A stretch of 35,725 nucleotides of DNA from Candidatus Parcubacteria bacterium (GCA_023444045.1 JAEZRQ010000005.1:1-35725); one strand, 5' to 3'. Shown: positions 1 through 10,148, counted from the first letter of the stretch. Notes: generated from the letters alone by a model not told the origin. A program made the numbers and translations.

Positions 1-2
1 GC

Positions 3-512
3 CTAACAATTGCTTGGCCAGAATTGAAAAACTCTTCGTTTTTTAAAGAAGTAGTCAACCAATTCTATAATTCCAGGAGCACCAAAGAACAGGCGGAGCT
101 TTTAGATCTGCTTATCTCTTCAGATGACAAAAGTGTTTTAAACTTAATCTGGGATTTAATCTTAGGTGACAGAGACGATAGTTTTAAAAGAAAAGCTTTT
201 TTTCTGTTAGCTAACATTGCAAATAAGCAGAGTGCTTATTTAGTGGCTGATGTTATAAAATTACGCTCTATTTTAGAAAATGGTGATTACCCTCATCGGA
301 TTAAAGATTTAGCAATTATGGCTTTAAGTGATTATTATGATTTTTTTCCAGAACTAACTGAAGAATTATTAGTTGATGTCGTAAATAGATCTCGGTATTT
401 TGACTCCTATCAGAGAACCTTTGCAATTGAAATTTTAAATAAATACCGAGCAGAAAAAATTCCCCTGCCAGAATTGAGTCAAGAGGACTTGGGTATATAT
501 TTTTCTAATTAA
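3..512 (+). CDS. hypothetical protein, probably 5'-truncated by the window edge
   Basis: The frame is open from nt 3 with no upstream in-frame stop. The only in-window start is a TTG at 24, and the next Met is about 99 codons in. Stop is TAA at 510-512. No recognisable catalytic motif; composition is helical-repeat-like. Confidence 0.5.
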   Translation, partial: LTIAWPELKNSSFFKEVVNQFYNSRSTKEQAELLDLLISSDDKSVLNLIWDLILGDRDDSFKRKAFFLLANIANKQSAYLVADVIKLRSILENGDYPHRIKDLAIMALSDYYDFFPELTEELLVDVVNRSRYFDSYQRTFAIEILNKYRAEKIPLPELSQEDLGIYFSN

Positions 513-549
513 TTATTTAACATGCGGAATCCCTTACCCGACTAACGTT

Positions 550-3500
550 ATGAGGTTTAATAAATTTTATCTAATTATCCTATCTTTAATTTTTATACAC
601 CTTCCATTAAGTTCGGTTTTAGCGATGCCAATTGGAACTTTACTTTATCGTAGTTCTGGCGACGACAAAACCTATGGCTATAATGCTAATGATTTAATTG
701 TTAGTGAAAAGGGGCTGTTGTCTCATATTTATTCAGGACACGTTGCTATTTATGTGGGCAAGGAAAATGGTGTTGATTATATTGTTGAAATGCAGCCAAA
801 AGGAGCCATAAAAATTCCGGCTAAGTATTTTATTAATGAAGCTTTAGGTGAAAAATTAATTGGTGCTAAGATTCCCAAAGAAGCAACACCCAATCAAATC
901 CTTAAAGCCGTTTCTATTGCCAAGAACTTAGCGGCTAAAAATCTAGCATATGATTTTGATTTTAAAGCGCAGAAAGGTCCTTTAAATGGTGAGTGGACTT
1001 GTGTTGGGTTGGCAGAAAAGGTATATGAAAGCGCTAATATTAGTAATCCTAATAATTTAGGTTCTTTAGTATATAACGAAGACAATTATGCTATTGATAT
1101 CACTCCTGATGGCTATGATAATACTAGTGTTTATAATGCTAAAGGAGACTGTTTTTCTGATCAGGTAGAATTTTCTAAAATTAAAAAGAAGGCGGATTTA
1201 TTAATTCCTGCGCCAGAAATTATTGGTTTTAATGTTGGCAAAGAAGTGGCTGGTGATCGTTATATATTTTTACCATATACTCAATTTCTGCAGAGCAGTT
1301 TGAAAGACGTACCAGTTGACATTGAGCTTTCTAGTTCTTTTATTCAATCAGACTTAAGGGGCGAGGCTCCAGTTTTAGGTTTAATCTTAAAATGGAGTTT
1401 AATTAATAACCCAATTTCTAGTATAAAAATTGTGGCCAACAAGATTAGTGAGGTCGCACTCTCTTTAAAAGATAAAATTTTTCCCAGCGATGGGGTAGTG
1501 TTGGCAGAAAATAACAATAATTATAATTTAGAAGTTGATGCTAGTATTAGCACCAAAACAGCGGCCATTGTTGCCACTAGCACCAAGAATTCTTCTAGTC
1601 GTTTAGCGGGGATAAGTACAGAAACAAAAAATGATTCTTTGCTTAAGGTTGAAGTTTCAAAAAGTACCTCCTCAATTAGTGGCGGTATTAGTAGTGATAA
1701 AACTGTTAGTGTTAAAGTTGGTACTGAAAATAAGAATTTAACAGCAGAGCTAAATACTTCCAAAACCAGTACTTTAACTTTAAGTGCTAAAAATAATAAG
1801 GAGAAAGATGACATAACCCAAACAAAAGTTGAACCAATTCTTACTCCAAAAATAACCATAACACCTAGAACTATTCCTAGGCCAGTTACTTTAAATAGTG
1901 AGAACACAACCACTTCAACATCAACTAGCACTAATAATAACCCAAATAACGCTACTAATAGCACAGAGCAAGAAGAAAACCCTGAACCAGAACCTGAACC
2001 AGAACCTGAACCAGAACCTGAAGAGGAGCCAGTGGCCCTAATTGCGAAAATTTATAGCAATGGTAGTGATGATTGGTTGGAAATTGTTAATGCTACGGCC
2101 TATGATTTTGATCTAGTGGAAGCGGGTTATCGTTTAGAAAAAGCTAAAACCGGCGCTGATCCAACCTTAATAATGCGCTTTGGTAACGAGGCTGATGGCA
2201 CATATCCTGGTGGAACGATTATTAAAGCTTATAGTCATTATTTAGTGGCTAGAAGCACGGCTTCAGACTTTGTAAAAAGCCAAGCCGATGCTATTGCTAC
2301 TAAAGACACTTTTTCTTGGACTGAAGATGCTTATACTCTTTACTTAGGCAGAGGATCAATTTCTTCTGATACCGACGCCGATATCGTTGATAAGGTTGGT
2401 TATGGAGAAGCTAAGTATTTTGAAGGCAGTGCACCAGCTTCCGCTTTAAAACCAGGGTATGCTCTAGAACGTAAAGTTAGTGCTACTTCCACCGTAGAAT
2501 CTCTATCAAGTGGTGGCTTAGAAGAATTGTGGCCCAGGTTGTTTGATAGCAATGATAATAGTGGAGATTTTTTGTTAGTGCCATATGATTTAGCAGTAAT
2601 TGCAGAGGAAGAGGGGATTAATGAGGATAATAAGATTTCTACTAGCACAAATCCCAGTCTATTTGTAAACCCGCCGGGTATAGACTCTGATGGTTTAATG
2701 GCACTGTGGCATTTTGATGAATGCTATGGAAATATAGCTGCCAATGAATTTCAGATTAATAATCAAAATCCAGTTGACTTATCTAAATCAAGTGACTGGT
2801 TAGTGGGAAGGTGGGGTTGTGGCGCAAAGATGACTCACTTAGCCACTAGCACGAAAGCAACATTTAACGCTCCATTAGATATTAATCAGTTTTCTTTAAA
2901 TTTTTATTATCAAAATTTGGAAAACATGTTTAGTTTATTTGTTAATTTTTACAATCCAGAAAGTTCTGGTCGGCGGGCATATCTAGAAATAACTTCAGAT
3001 GGTAGTACTATTTATGGTTTTCCTGGTAATCTTGGTCCAACCACTAGTCTTCCTTGGCCGAATGATAAAAATTGGCACCAAGCTACTATCGTGGTTGATA
3101 AAGAAAATAATTATTGGGCAATATATTTAGATGGTGAAGAGTTTTATCGTTATAACTATACCGGCGTCATGCCTAAATTTGAGTTTTTAGAAATTTGGTC
3201 TAACCAAAATGAGTTTGTAGTTATAGATGAGCTCTCTTTTTGGAACAGATCTTTGTCGGCCAGTGAGGTGAAAAGTATTCATTTATTAAATCAACCATTT
3301 AATCCATATAATTGGCCAGAGCCACAAAAAGAACCAAAATTGGAATATTATTGGTCTTTTGATGAAAATTCTGGTTATGAGGCTCATGGGCTGAGTACCT
3401 TAGATACTTTAGAAATAGCGCCAGAATTTTGGGATATAGAAGGTAAGAAAATGAGCGCTTTAAAAATTGCTAGTAATTTAGACTTTAGCACTTCTATTAG

Positions 3501-3933
3501 GGAACTGCTTGTTAATGATTTATCCTTATCTTTTTGGTGGCGCAATACCAGTGATCCAGATGGTGGGATGGTGTCTGTAGAATTTAAAAATGATGGTTAT
3601 AATATTTTGTCTATGATGCCAAATTTAACTAATACTGCTTATGGATTTAACGGGTTTGGTGAATATCTTTTGCCAGCAGGAGAACAATTGCTTCCGAAAG
3701 ATAAGAATTGGCATTTATTTACTTTAACTTATGATTCTTATCGTTATCTACTAACTTTTTATTTAGATGGTGAGAAAATGGCGGAAAAGAAGCTTATTAA
3801 ATTGAGGGAGGGTGAAAAAATAAATTTTCTGAGAATTACTAGAGACAGCTGGAATATTTCAATTGATGAGTTAAAACTCTGGTCTGGCGTTTTAACGGCC
3901 CAAGATGTAAAAGATGAATATGAAAAAAATTAG
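550..3933 (+). CDS. large secreted multidomain surface protein: signal peptide, permuted papain/NlpC-P60-like domain, S/T-rich and (EP)n linker, lamin-tail-like domain, two LamG/concanavalin-like (Laminin_G_3-type) domains
   Basis: 1127-aa ORF. N-terminal hydrophobic signal (LIILSLIFIHLPLSSVLA). His-then-Cys order (SGHVAIYVG ... EWTCVGLAEKVY), as in permuted NlpC/P60-type hydrolases. LTD-like segment (SDDWLEIVNATAYDFDL). Two LamG_3-like modules that start with WHFDE/WSFDE and end with IDELSFWNRSLSASEV / IDELKLWSGVLTAQDV. Confidence 0.8.
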   Translation: MRFNKFYLIILSLIFIHLPLSSVLAMPIGTLLYRSSGDDKTYGYNANDLIVSEKGLLSHIYSGHVAIYVGKENGVDYIVEMQPKGAIKIPAKYFINEALGEKLIGAKIPKEATPNQILKAVSIAKNLAAKNLAYDFDFKAQKGPLNGEWTCVGLAEKVYESANISNPNNLGSLVYNEDNYAIDITPDGYDNTSVYNAKGDCFSDQVEFSKIKKKADLLIPAPEIIGFNVGKEVAGDRYIFLPYTQFLQSSLKDVPVDIELSSSFIQSDLRGEAPVLGLILKWSLINNPISSIKIVANKISEVALSLKDKIFPSDGVVLAENNNNYNLEVDASISTKTAAIVATSTKNSSSRLAGISTETKNDSLLKVEVSKSTSSISGGISSDKTVSVKVGTENKNLTAELNTSKTSTLTLSAKNNKEKDDITQTKVEPILTPKITITPRTIPRPVTLNSENTTTSTSTSTNNNPNNATNSTEQEENPEPEPEPEPEPEPEEEPVALIAKIYSNGSDDWLEIVNATAYDFDLVEAGYRLEKAKTGADPTLIMRFGNEADGTYPGGTIIKAYSHYLVARSTASDFVKSQADAIATKDTFSWTEDAYTLYLGRGSISSDTDADIVDKVGYGEAKYFEGSAPASALKPGYALERKVSATSTVESLSSGGLEELWPRLFDSNDNSGDFLLVPYDLAVIAEEEGINEDNKISTSTNPSLFVNPPGIDSDGLMALWHFDECYGNIAANEFQINNQNPVDLSKSSDWLVGRWGCGAKMTHLATSTKATFNAPLDINQFSLNFYYQNLENMFSLFVNFYNPESSGRRAYLEITSDGSTIYGFPGNLGPTTSLPWPNDKNWHQATIVVDKENNYWAIYLDGEEFYRYNYTGVMPKFEFLEIWSNQNEFVVIDELSFWNRSLSASEVKSIHLLNQPFNPYNWPEPQKEPKLEYYWSFDENSGYEAHGLSTLDTLEIAPEFWDIEGKKMSALKIASNLDFSTSIRELLVNDLSLSFWWRNTSDPDGGMVSVEFKNDGYNILSMMPNLTNTAYGFNGFGEYLLPAGEQLLPKDKNWHLFTLTYDSYRYLLTFYLDGEKMAEKKLIKLREGEKINFLRITRDSWNISIDELKLWSGVLTAQDVKDEYEKN
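1981..2020 (+). repeat. 12-nt in-frame tandem repeat (cctgaaccagaa, about 3.3 copies) encoding the EPEPEPEP linker
   Basis: Direct reading: cctgaaccagaa cctgaaccagaa cctgaaccagaa cctg. It lies inside CDS 550-3933 and translates to PEPEPEPEPEPEPE. Confidence 0.9.
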
Positions 3934-3986
3934 CTAATTTTAGTGTTTTTCTATCTCAGGTCGAGAGACGATGGTAGAATAAAAAC

Positions 3987-4021
3987 GGCTTTCCTATTAA
4001 TATTTTGGGGAAGCCTTTTTT
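3987..4021 (+). terminator. rho-independent terminator of the large surface-protein gene
   Basis: Stem ggctttcc (3987-3994) pairs with gggaagcc (4008-4015), including one G-U. It is followed by a T-run at 4016-4021. Confidence 0.65.
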
Positions 4022-4082
4022 AAAAGAATTAATAAGAAAACACCTTGATTTTTTTGGCTTTTTTTAGTAGGATATAATTGTT

Positions 4083-4450
4083 ATTAGGGTAGGCAGACGA
4101 TCGCTTGATATTCGTATTAAGAGGAAAGTCCGGACTCCTTAAAAGGGCAGTGGATAACGTCCACCAGGGGTAACCCTAGGGAAAGTGCCACAGAGACAAT
4201 ACTAGTTTTAATTTTTAAAACGAAAGGTGAAAAGAAAGAGGGTGTTGATTTATTGGCTACCTTTTTCGGCTAACGGTGACGTTAGATTCGCGGTAAACCC
4301 TGCCTGGAGCAAGAACAAATTCTATTTAACTTTTAGTTAGGTAGAAAAAAAGTAGTTCGCCAGATTTTATTGGCAACAGTAAAACTAGATAAATGGTCGT
4401 CCGGTTTTTTTAAAAACCGACAGAATCCGGCTTATCGCTTGCCCTAATAA
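4083..4450 (+). ncRNA. rnpB: RNase P RNA, bacterial type A
   Basis: Universal P4 5' strand gaggaaagtccggactcc at 4121-4138 and P4 3' region acagaatccggcttatcg at 4421-4437. P1 pairing of attagggtagg (4083-4093) with cttgccctaat (4438-4448). A TATAAT box at 4073-4078 sits just upstream. Ends are uncertain by a few nt. Confidence 0.9.
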
Positions 4451-4482
4451 TAAAAAAATTTAAAGGCTAAAAGCCATATTAT

Positions 4483-5904
4483 ATGAAAATAAAAAAAGTT
4501 GAGCTATTTTTTACCACTATTTTGGTGCCGATTGACTTTGTGGTTATTTTTTTAGCCGGAATTTCGGCCTACTATTTGCGTTTTTCTAATTATTACCGGG
4601 ATATTCGCCCAGTTATTTTTGATTTGCCAATGAGTGAGTATTTATGGACTCTTACCATAATGTCTTTTTTAATGATTCCAGTTTTCTTTTTTGCTGGTGT
4701 TTACCGAGTCAAAAGAACTCCTCAGACTGCTAACGAAATAGTCCGTTTAATCTTAGCTGCCTCTATGGGGTTGGCGCTCATCGCAATTACTATTTTTTTT
4801 CGCCGAGAATTATTTGATTCACGCTTTATTGTTTTGGTTGGTTTTGTTTTAGCTATTATTTACTTAATTATTTCTCATTCATTTGTTAACTGGTTAAAAA
4901 AGAAACTTTATATTTACGGCATTGGTGTTCATAAAGTGATTTTGGTGGGCAACAGTAAAACAGCTGATAATTTAATTGCCGAATTTTCCACCAACAAATA
5001 CTCTGGCTTTGAAGTAGTTAAAAGAGTAAGAGATTTTTCTCTGGAAACAGCCCAAGAATTGGCTGATTTTATTAAAGATCGTGAGGTTGATGAAATAATT
5101 CAAACAGATCCAAATCTCAGTAAGGTAGAAACTTTAAGGCTCTATGACTTTGCTAATGAAAATCAATTAACTTTTAAGTATGTAGCTGATCTTTTAGAAA
5201 TAAAAGTACTACGCCATGAAGTGGCGGAAATTATTGGTATCCCAGTAGTAGAGGTTAAAAGAACTACTTTGGAGGGTTGGGGGCGAGTGGCTAAGAGAGT
5301 TATGGATATTGTTGTTTCTGGTATTTTAATCATGATTCTAAGTCCAGTTTATTTAATAACTGCTATTGCTATTAAATTAAGCTCCCCGGGACCAGTCTTT
5401 TTTTCACATCGTGATGACGGCACCCCACTGACTAGAGTTGGAGAAAAGGGCATTCCGTTTAAGTATTTTAAATTCAGATCAATGATTGATAAGGCTGATA
5501 ATATGCGTTATAACGAGTTGGCCGATCGTAACATTCGTGGTGATGGTCCAATGGTAAAGATTAAAGATGATCCTAGAGTCACTAAAGTGGGGAAGTTTAT
5601 TCGTCGTTTTTCAATTGATGAATTACCAGAATTATTTTTAGTTTTTGTCGGTCGTATGAGTCTTGTTGGCCCTCGTCCTCATTTACCAGAAGAAGTCGCT
5701 AAATATGAGCATCATCATAAAAAAACTCTAACAATTAAACCAGGGATTACTGGTTTAGCTCAGGTTTCTGGTAGATCTGATTTATTATTTGAAGAGGAGG
5801 TAAAACTTGATGTTTATTATATTGAGAATTGGTCACTGCTTTTAGACTTTTCCATTCTTCTTAAAACTCCAATGGCGGTGTTACGTCACCGTGAAGCGGA
5901 ATAA
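4483..5904 (+). CDS. polyprenyl-phosphate hexose-1-phosphate transferase (bacterial sugar transferase, WbaP/CpsE-like initiating enzyme)
   Basis: Multi-TM N-terminus plus a C-terminal sugar-transferase domain with the conserved motifs DELPELFLV, SLVGPRPHLPEE and KPGITGLAQVSGRS. Confidence 0.85.
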   Translation: MKIKKVELFFTTILVPIDFVVIFLAGISAYYLRFSNYYRDIRPVIFDLPMSEYLWTLTIMSFLMIPVFFFAGVYRVKRTPQTANEIVRLILAASMGLALIAITIFFRRELFDSRFIVLVGFVLAIIYLIISHSFVNWLKKKLYIYGIGVHKVILVGNSKTADNLIAEFSTNKYSGFEVVKRVRDFSLETAQELADFIKDREVDEIIQTDPNLSKVETLRLYDFANENQLTFKYVADLLEIKVLRHEVAEIIGIPVVEVKRTTLEGWGRVAKRVMDIVVSGILIMILSPVYLITAIAIKLSSPGPVFFSHRDDGTPLTRVGEKGIPFKYFKFRSMIDKADNMRYNELADRNIRGDGPMVKIKDDPRVTKVGKFIRRFSIDELPELFLVFVGRMSLVGPRPHLPEEVAKYEHHHKKTLTIKPGITGLAQVSGRSDLLFEEEVKLDVYYIENWSLLLDFSILLKTPMAVLRHREAE

Positions 5905-5914
5905 TTAAAATCAC

Positions 5915-7030
5915 ATGAAAGTTGCTTTAATTCACGATCACCTCGCCCAAGACGGTGGGGCGGAGAAAGTATTAAAAATTTTTGCCGAGATGTTTCCTGA
6001 GGCGGCAATCTATGCTCTTTTAGCTGATAAGGTAAAAACCGATAAATACCTAAAAGGCAGAAGGATTGACACCTCTATTATTCAGAAACTGCCTGGTGGT
6101 GTTAGGCACTATAAATGGTATTTACCATTAATGCCAATGGCGGTAGAATTTTTTGATTTAAGGGAATATGATTTAGTTATCTCTGATACCAGTTCTTTTG
6201 CTAAAGGAGTAATTACTTCACCTGATATTCCTCATATTTGTTATTGTCATACTCCTACTCGATATCTTTGGAGTGATACTCATCAGTATTTAAATGAGCT
6301 GAAATATAACAAATGGATTAAAAAAATAATTTCGGCAATTTTAATTAAATTAAGAATTTGGGATTTAGCGGCAGCGGCTAGAGTGGATTATTTTATTGCT
6401 AATTCTAAAACAGTCGCTAAAAGAATTGCCAAATACTACCGTCGTGAATCAGAGGTTATTTACCCACCGGTTGAAACTGATAAATTTTTTATTAGTGATT
6501 TAAACCAACAGAGAGAGGAAGAAAAATATTTTCTGATCGGTTGTCGTCTGGTACCTTATAAAAGAGTTGATTTAGTGGTAGAGACTTTTAAAGAATTGGG
6601 TGATAAATATAAACTAAAGGTTTTTGGTGACGGCCTTGATTTAGTGAGGTTACAAAAAATAGCTTCGGGTTGTCCTAATATTGAATTCTTAGGCAGAGTA
6701 AGTGAAGAGGAAAAAGCTAAACTTTACAGCGAGGCACAAGCTTTTATTAATCCTCAAGAGGAGGATTTTGGCATTACCCCTGTTGAATCAATGGCCTCAG
6801 GACGTCCAGTAATTGCTTACCGTAAAGGCGGAGCAACAGAAACTATTATTGAAGGAGAGACCGGCTTATTTTTTGATGAGCAAAACGTTACCTCTTTAAA
6901 AAAGGTAATTTTAGACTTTAATAATGACAATTTTTTCTCAAACCAAATTAAAGAACATGCGGAAAAATTTTCAGTGGCTCGTTTTAAAGAAGAAATTACT
7001 AGTTTTATAAATAAAGTAAGAAATAAATAA
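5915..7030 (+). CDS. glycosyltransferase, GT4 (GT-B fold) family
   Basis: C-terminal E-x7-E-type motif region EEDFGITPVESMASGRPVIAYRKGG. Immediately downstream of the priming transferase. Confidence 0.8.
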   Translation: MKVALIHDHLAQDGGAEKVLKIFAEMFPEAAIYALLADKVKTDKYLKGRRIDTSIIQKLPGGVRHYKWYLPLMPMAVEFFDLREYDLVISDTSSFAKGVITSPDIPHICYCHTPTRYLWSDTHQYLNELKYNKWIKKIISAILIKLRIWDLAAAARVDYFIANSKTVAKRIAKYYRRESEVIYPPVETDKFFISDLNQQREEEKYFLIGCRLVPYKRVDLVVETFKELGDKYKLKVFGDGLDLVRLQKIASGCPNIEFLGRVSEEEKAKLYSEAQAFINPQEEDFGITPVESMASGRPVIAYRKGGATETIIEGETGLFFDEQNVTSLKKVILDFNNDNFFSNQIKEHAEKFSVARFKEEITSFINKVRNK

Positions 7031-8176
7031 ATGAAGATTGGTGTTGACGTTAGAGTTCTTATGGACAAAGAATACAGCGGCATTTCTGAGTATGCTTATT
7101 ATTTGCTTAAGGAATTATTAAATCGTGACGATGGTAACGAATACATCTTTTATTACAATTCTTTTAGAGAAATAGATTCAAAGGTTTTTAGTTGGTGCAC
7201 TAATAAAAAAGTAACTTTTAAAAAAACAGCTTGGCCAAATAAAATATTTAATTATGGGCTGCAAAAATTTATTTCCTGGCCTAAGCTTGATATACTAACC
7301 GCTGAACCCGATGTTTTCTGGTCACCACATCTTAATTTTTCATCTTTTGGGAGTCAAAAAACTAAAAAAATTTTAACTGTTCATGACTTATCATTTTTAA
7401 GATATCCAGAGTTTTTTAGTTTTCGTAAAAATTTCTGGCATTACAGCTTGAATATCAGGGAAATGATTAAAAAGTATGATTACTTGGTAGCTATTTCTGA
7501 AAATACCAAAAAAGATTTAATTGATTTACTGAATGTCCCAGAGGAAAAAATTTTTGTTATTTATTCTGGTTTAAATTATGAGTCAGAAAATTTAACTGAA
7601 AAAGAGGCAGCAGATTTTGTTTTACAAAATGATTTAAGTCAAAAGTTCATTTTCTATTTAGGAGCCATTGAGCCCAGAAAAAATGTAGCTGGTTTAATTG
7701 AGGCTTATAATCTCTTACGTGATAGGCATTTGCCACTAACGGAATACCAATTACTTATTGCTGGTGCTAGTGGTTGGAAAAATAAACATATCTACAGAAA
7801 GGCTGCTGACTCTTTATATCATGAAGATATTAAGTTTTTAGGCTATGTTAGTCGTGCAGAGAGGAACTGGCTTTATAATAATGCTTCATTATTTATCTAT
7901 CCATCGTACTATGAGGGGTTCGGTTTTCCGCCTCTTGAAGCGATGTCTCATGGTTTGCCGGTTGTCACCTCAGATGTCTCTTCATTACCAGAAGTAACAG
8001 CTGATGCTGCTTTAAATATTAACCCCTATTCCGCTTTAGATATTGCTAGAGCCATGGAGACTTTGTTGCTTGATGATAATTTAAGGAATTATTATTCTAA
8101 AAAAGGAATTGAGCGATCTAAATCTTTTGACTGGGTAAAAACCGCTGATAATTATTTAAACTTATTTAATAAATAA
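7031..8176 (+). CDS. glycosyltransferase, GT4 (GT-B fold) family
   Basis: Motif YEGFGFPPLEAMSHGLPVVTSDVSSLPEV. The start codon directly abuts the previous stop (taa atg). Confidence 0.8.
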   Translation: MKIGVDVRVLMDKEYSGISEYAYYLLKELLNRDDGNEYIFYYNSFREIDSKVFSWCTNKKVTFKKTAWPNKIFNYGLQKFISWPKLDILTAEPDVFWSPHLNFSSFGSQKTKKILTVHDLSFLRYPEFFSFRKNFWHYSLNIREMIKKYDYLVAISENTKKDLIDLLNVPEEKIFVIYSGLNYESENLTEKEAADFVLQNDLSQKFIFYLGAIEPRKNVAGLIEAYNLLRDRHLPLTEYQLLIAGASGWKNKHIYRKAADSLYHEDIKFLGYVSRAERNWLYNNASLFIYPSYYEGFGFPPLEAMSHGLPVVTSDVSSLPEVTADAALNINPYSALDIARAMETLLLDDNLRNYYSKKGIERSKSFDWVKTADNYLNLFNK

Positions 8177-8177
8177 T

Positions 8178-8615
8178 ATGCGAGCAGTTATTCAAGTTGT
8201 TAGTTCGGCTAATGTTAAAGTGGAAGATAAAATTATTAGTCAGATAGATAAAGGTTTTTTAATTTTGTTAGCCATTAGTGCTAGTGATACTGAAGATATA
8301 ATTGTTAAGATGGCTGATAAAATTAAGGGACTAAGAGTTTTTCCGGATGAAAACGGTAAGATGAATTTAAGTTTAGAGGAGGTTGGTGGCCAGCTGCTGG
8401 TAGTATCACAATTTACTCTTTATGCTAATACTACAAAAGGAAACCGACCTAGCTTTACTGATTCAGCCGCGCCGGTAAAAGCGGTTCCGTATTATGAGAA
8501 ATTTATTTCTCTAATGAGAGAAAGAGGCTTCATTGTTAAAACTGGCCAGTTCGGAGCAATGATGAGTGTCTCTTTAATAAACGAAGGGCCAATAACTATA
8601 ATTATTGATATTTAA
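8178..8615 (+). CDS. dtd: D-aminoacyl-tRNA deacylase
   Basis: 145 aa. MRAVIQ start and the family signature SQFTLYANTTKGNRPSF. Confidence 0.9.
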   Translation: MRAVIQVVSSANVKVEDKIISQIDKGFLILLAISASDTEDIIVKMADKIKGLRVFPDENGKMNLSLEEVGGQLLVVSQFTLYANTTKGNRPSFTDSAAPVKAVPYYEKFISLMRERGFIVKTGQFGAMMSVSLINEGPITIIIDI

Positions 8616-8618
8616 TAT

Positions 8619-9707
8619 ATGATTAGTAATAAAAAGAAAAAGAAAGTGATGATGGCGATGTCTGGTGGGGTTGATTCTTCAGTGGCCGCGCAGCTGTTAA
8701 AAAACCAGGGCTATGATGTTACTGGTGTTTTTTTGAATTTTTGGAAGGATGAAAAAATGGGTGATAAGGCGGAAAATAAGTGTTGTTCCTTAGAATCAAT
8801 GTTGGATGCTAAAACAGTGGCTAATAAAGTTGGTATTCCTTTTCATAGCTTCAACTTTGCTAAAGAATTTAAAGCCAGTGTCGTTGATAATTTTTTAGAA
8901 GAATACGCTGCCGGTAGAACCCCTAACCCTTGTGTGATGTGTAATAAAAAAGTAAAAATTGGTTTATTACTTGATTACGCTCTCAGTCTTGGTTTTGACT
9001 ATGTAGCCACTGGACATTACCTTAAGATAAAAGATGTGTTAGGAGAGCGCCGTGTTTATAGAGCCAAAGACGCTAAAAAAGATCAGTCATATTTTTTATA
9101 CACCTTCTCACAAAAGCAGCTTAAACATTTACTTTTTCCATTAGGATCTTATGACAAGCCAAAAGTTCGTCAGTTAGCCGAAAAATATGATTTAGTTACT
9201 GCCGCTAAGCCGGAGAGTCAGGATATTTGTTTTCTTTCTGGACAGCACAATGATTTTTTAAAGCGTTATCTAAAATTAACACCAGGTCCAATTAAATTAG
9301 TTGAAACTGGAGAAGAAATTGGTACTCACCAAGGATTGCCGCTTTATACTATCGGTCAACGTCGGGGGATTGAGATCGGTGGTAATGGCCCCTTTTATGT
9401 GGCTAAAAGCGATTATGCTACTAACACTTTATTAGTTGTAAAACAATGGAATGAGGATATTCTATTTAATGATAGGCTTACGGTTTTAGATATTAATTGG
9501 TCATTAAGTAAAAAACCAAAACTACCACTAAAATGTCAGGCGGTTATTCGTTATGGTCATCCGGCCTTTGATTGTACTATCCGCAAAACAAAGATTAAAA
9601 ATGAATTAGAAGTTGTCTTTAAAGAAAAACAGCGAGCAATTACTTCTGGTCAAAGCGTCGTTTTTTACCTAAAAAATCAGCTACTTGGTGGCGGAATTAT
9701 CAAATAA
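8619..9707 (+). CDS. mnmA: tRNA-specific 2-thiouridylase
   Basis: PP-loop AMSGGVDSSVAA, catalytic-Cys context NPCVMCN, and ATGHY and DQSYFL motifs. Confidence 0.9.
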   Translation: MISNKKKKKVMMAMSGGVDSSVAAQLLKNQGYDVTGVFLNFWKDEKMGDKAENKCCSLESMLDAKTVANKVGIPFHSFNFAKEFKASVVDNFLEEYAAGRTPNPCVMCNKKVKIGLLLDYALSLGFDYVATGHYLKIKDVLGERRVYRAKDAKKDQSYFLYTFSQKQLKHLLFPLGSYDKPKVRQLAEKYDLVTAAKPESQDICFLSGQHNDFLKRYLKLTPGPIKLVETGEEIGTHQGLPLYTIGQRRGIEIGGNGPFYVAKSDYATNTLLVVKQWNEDILFNDRLTVLDINWSLSKKPKLPLKCQAVIRYGHPAFDCTIRKTKIKNELEVVFKEKQRAITSGQSVVFYLKNQLLGGGIIK

Positions 9708-9759
9708 TTATTTTATGTTATAATGTTCCTTGTAACTAAAAAATAATTTAAAATAATTT

Positions 9760-10113
9760 ATGTCACAAAATCTTCAAGAAGTTTTTAAGCGTATTCAAGA
9801 AAGAAAAAAAGAGCAGAGTGAGTTAAAAAAGATGTATCGCGATGCTTTATCAATAAATGGTGCTTATCAGGAGGTTCTTGAAGAGCTTGAAGCCTTGAAG
9901 CTAAAGAAAAAAAAGATTGAAGCTGGTGTAAAGAGTGATTTTAAAGAAGAGTTTGATAAGTTGGAGGGACTCAAGTTAAATATTGCCGGTGATAGTCAGA
10001 TGTTATCGGATATCGCTTTAACTCAACTTACTAGCGGTGAAACGGTCAAGATTATAGATGATAATAAAACAGAGTACGAGCCGATATTTACGGTGAAATT
10101 TAAAAAGGTTTAA
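9760..10113 (+). CDS. hypothetical protein (coiled-coil-rich N-terminal half)
   Basis: 117-aa ORF preceded by an extended -10 (tgtTATAAT, 9716-9724) and followed by a strong terminator. No recognisable motif. Confidence 0.6.
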   Translation: MSQNLQEVFKRIQERKKEQSELKKMYRDALSINGAYQEVLEELEALKLKKKKIEAGVKSDFKEEFDKLEGLKLNIAGDSQMLSDIALTQLTSGETVKIIDDNKTEYEPIFTVKFKKV

Positions 10114-10118
10114 ATTTA

Positions 10119-10148
10119 AAAAGACCTGGAATTTTCCAGGTCTTTTTT
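10119..10148. terminator. bidirectional rho-independent terminator between convergent genes
   Basis: aaaagacctgga attt tccaggtctttt: a perfect GC-containing stem flanked by an A-run and a T-run. It lies between the 9760-10113 (+) and 10158-10736 (-) genes. Confidence 0.8.

Noticed and set aside
894-2648. Antisense ORFs 894-1085, 1521-1964 and 2400-2648 inside the large surface-protein gene. The same applies to the minus- or plus-strand shadow ORFs at 6817-7083, 12352-12588, 13533-13730, 14627-14815, 15109-15315, 16741-16968, 17765-17995, 19380-19646, 20342-20527, 24409-24636, 26302-26592, 27103-27456, 28688-28996, 33520-33756 and 34083-34304.
   Set aside because: All lie fully inside, or largely overlap, longer ORFs with recognisable products or better coding character. 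Their translations are low-complexity and hydrophobic, typical of the shadow frame of AT-rich genes. None has an independent promoter or terminator.
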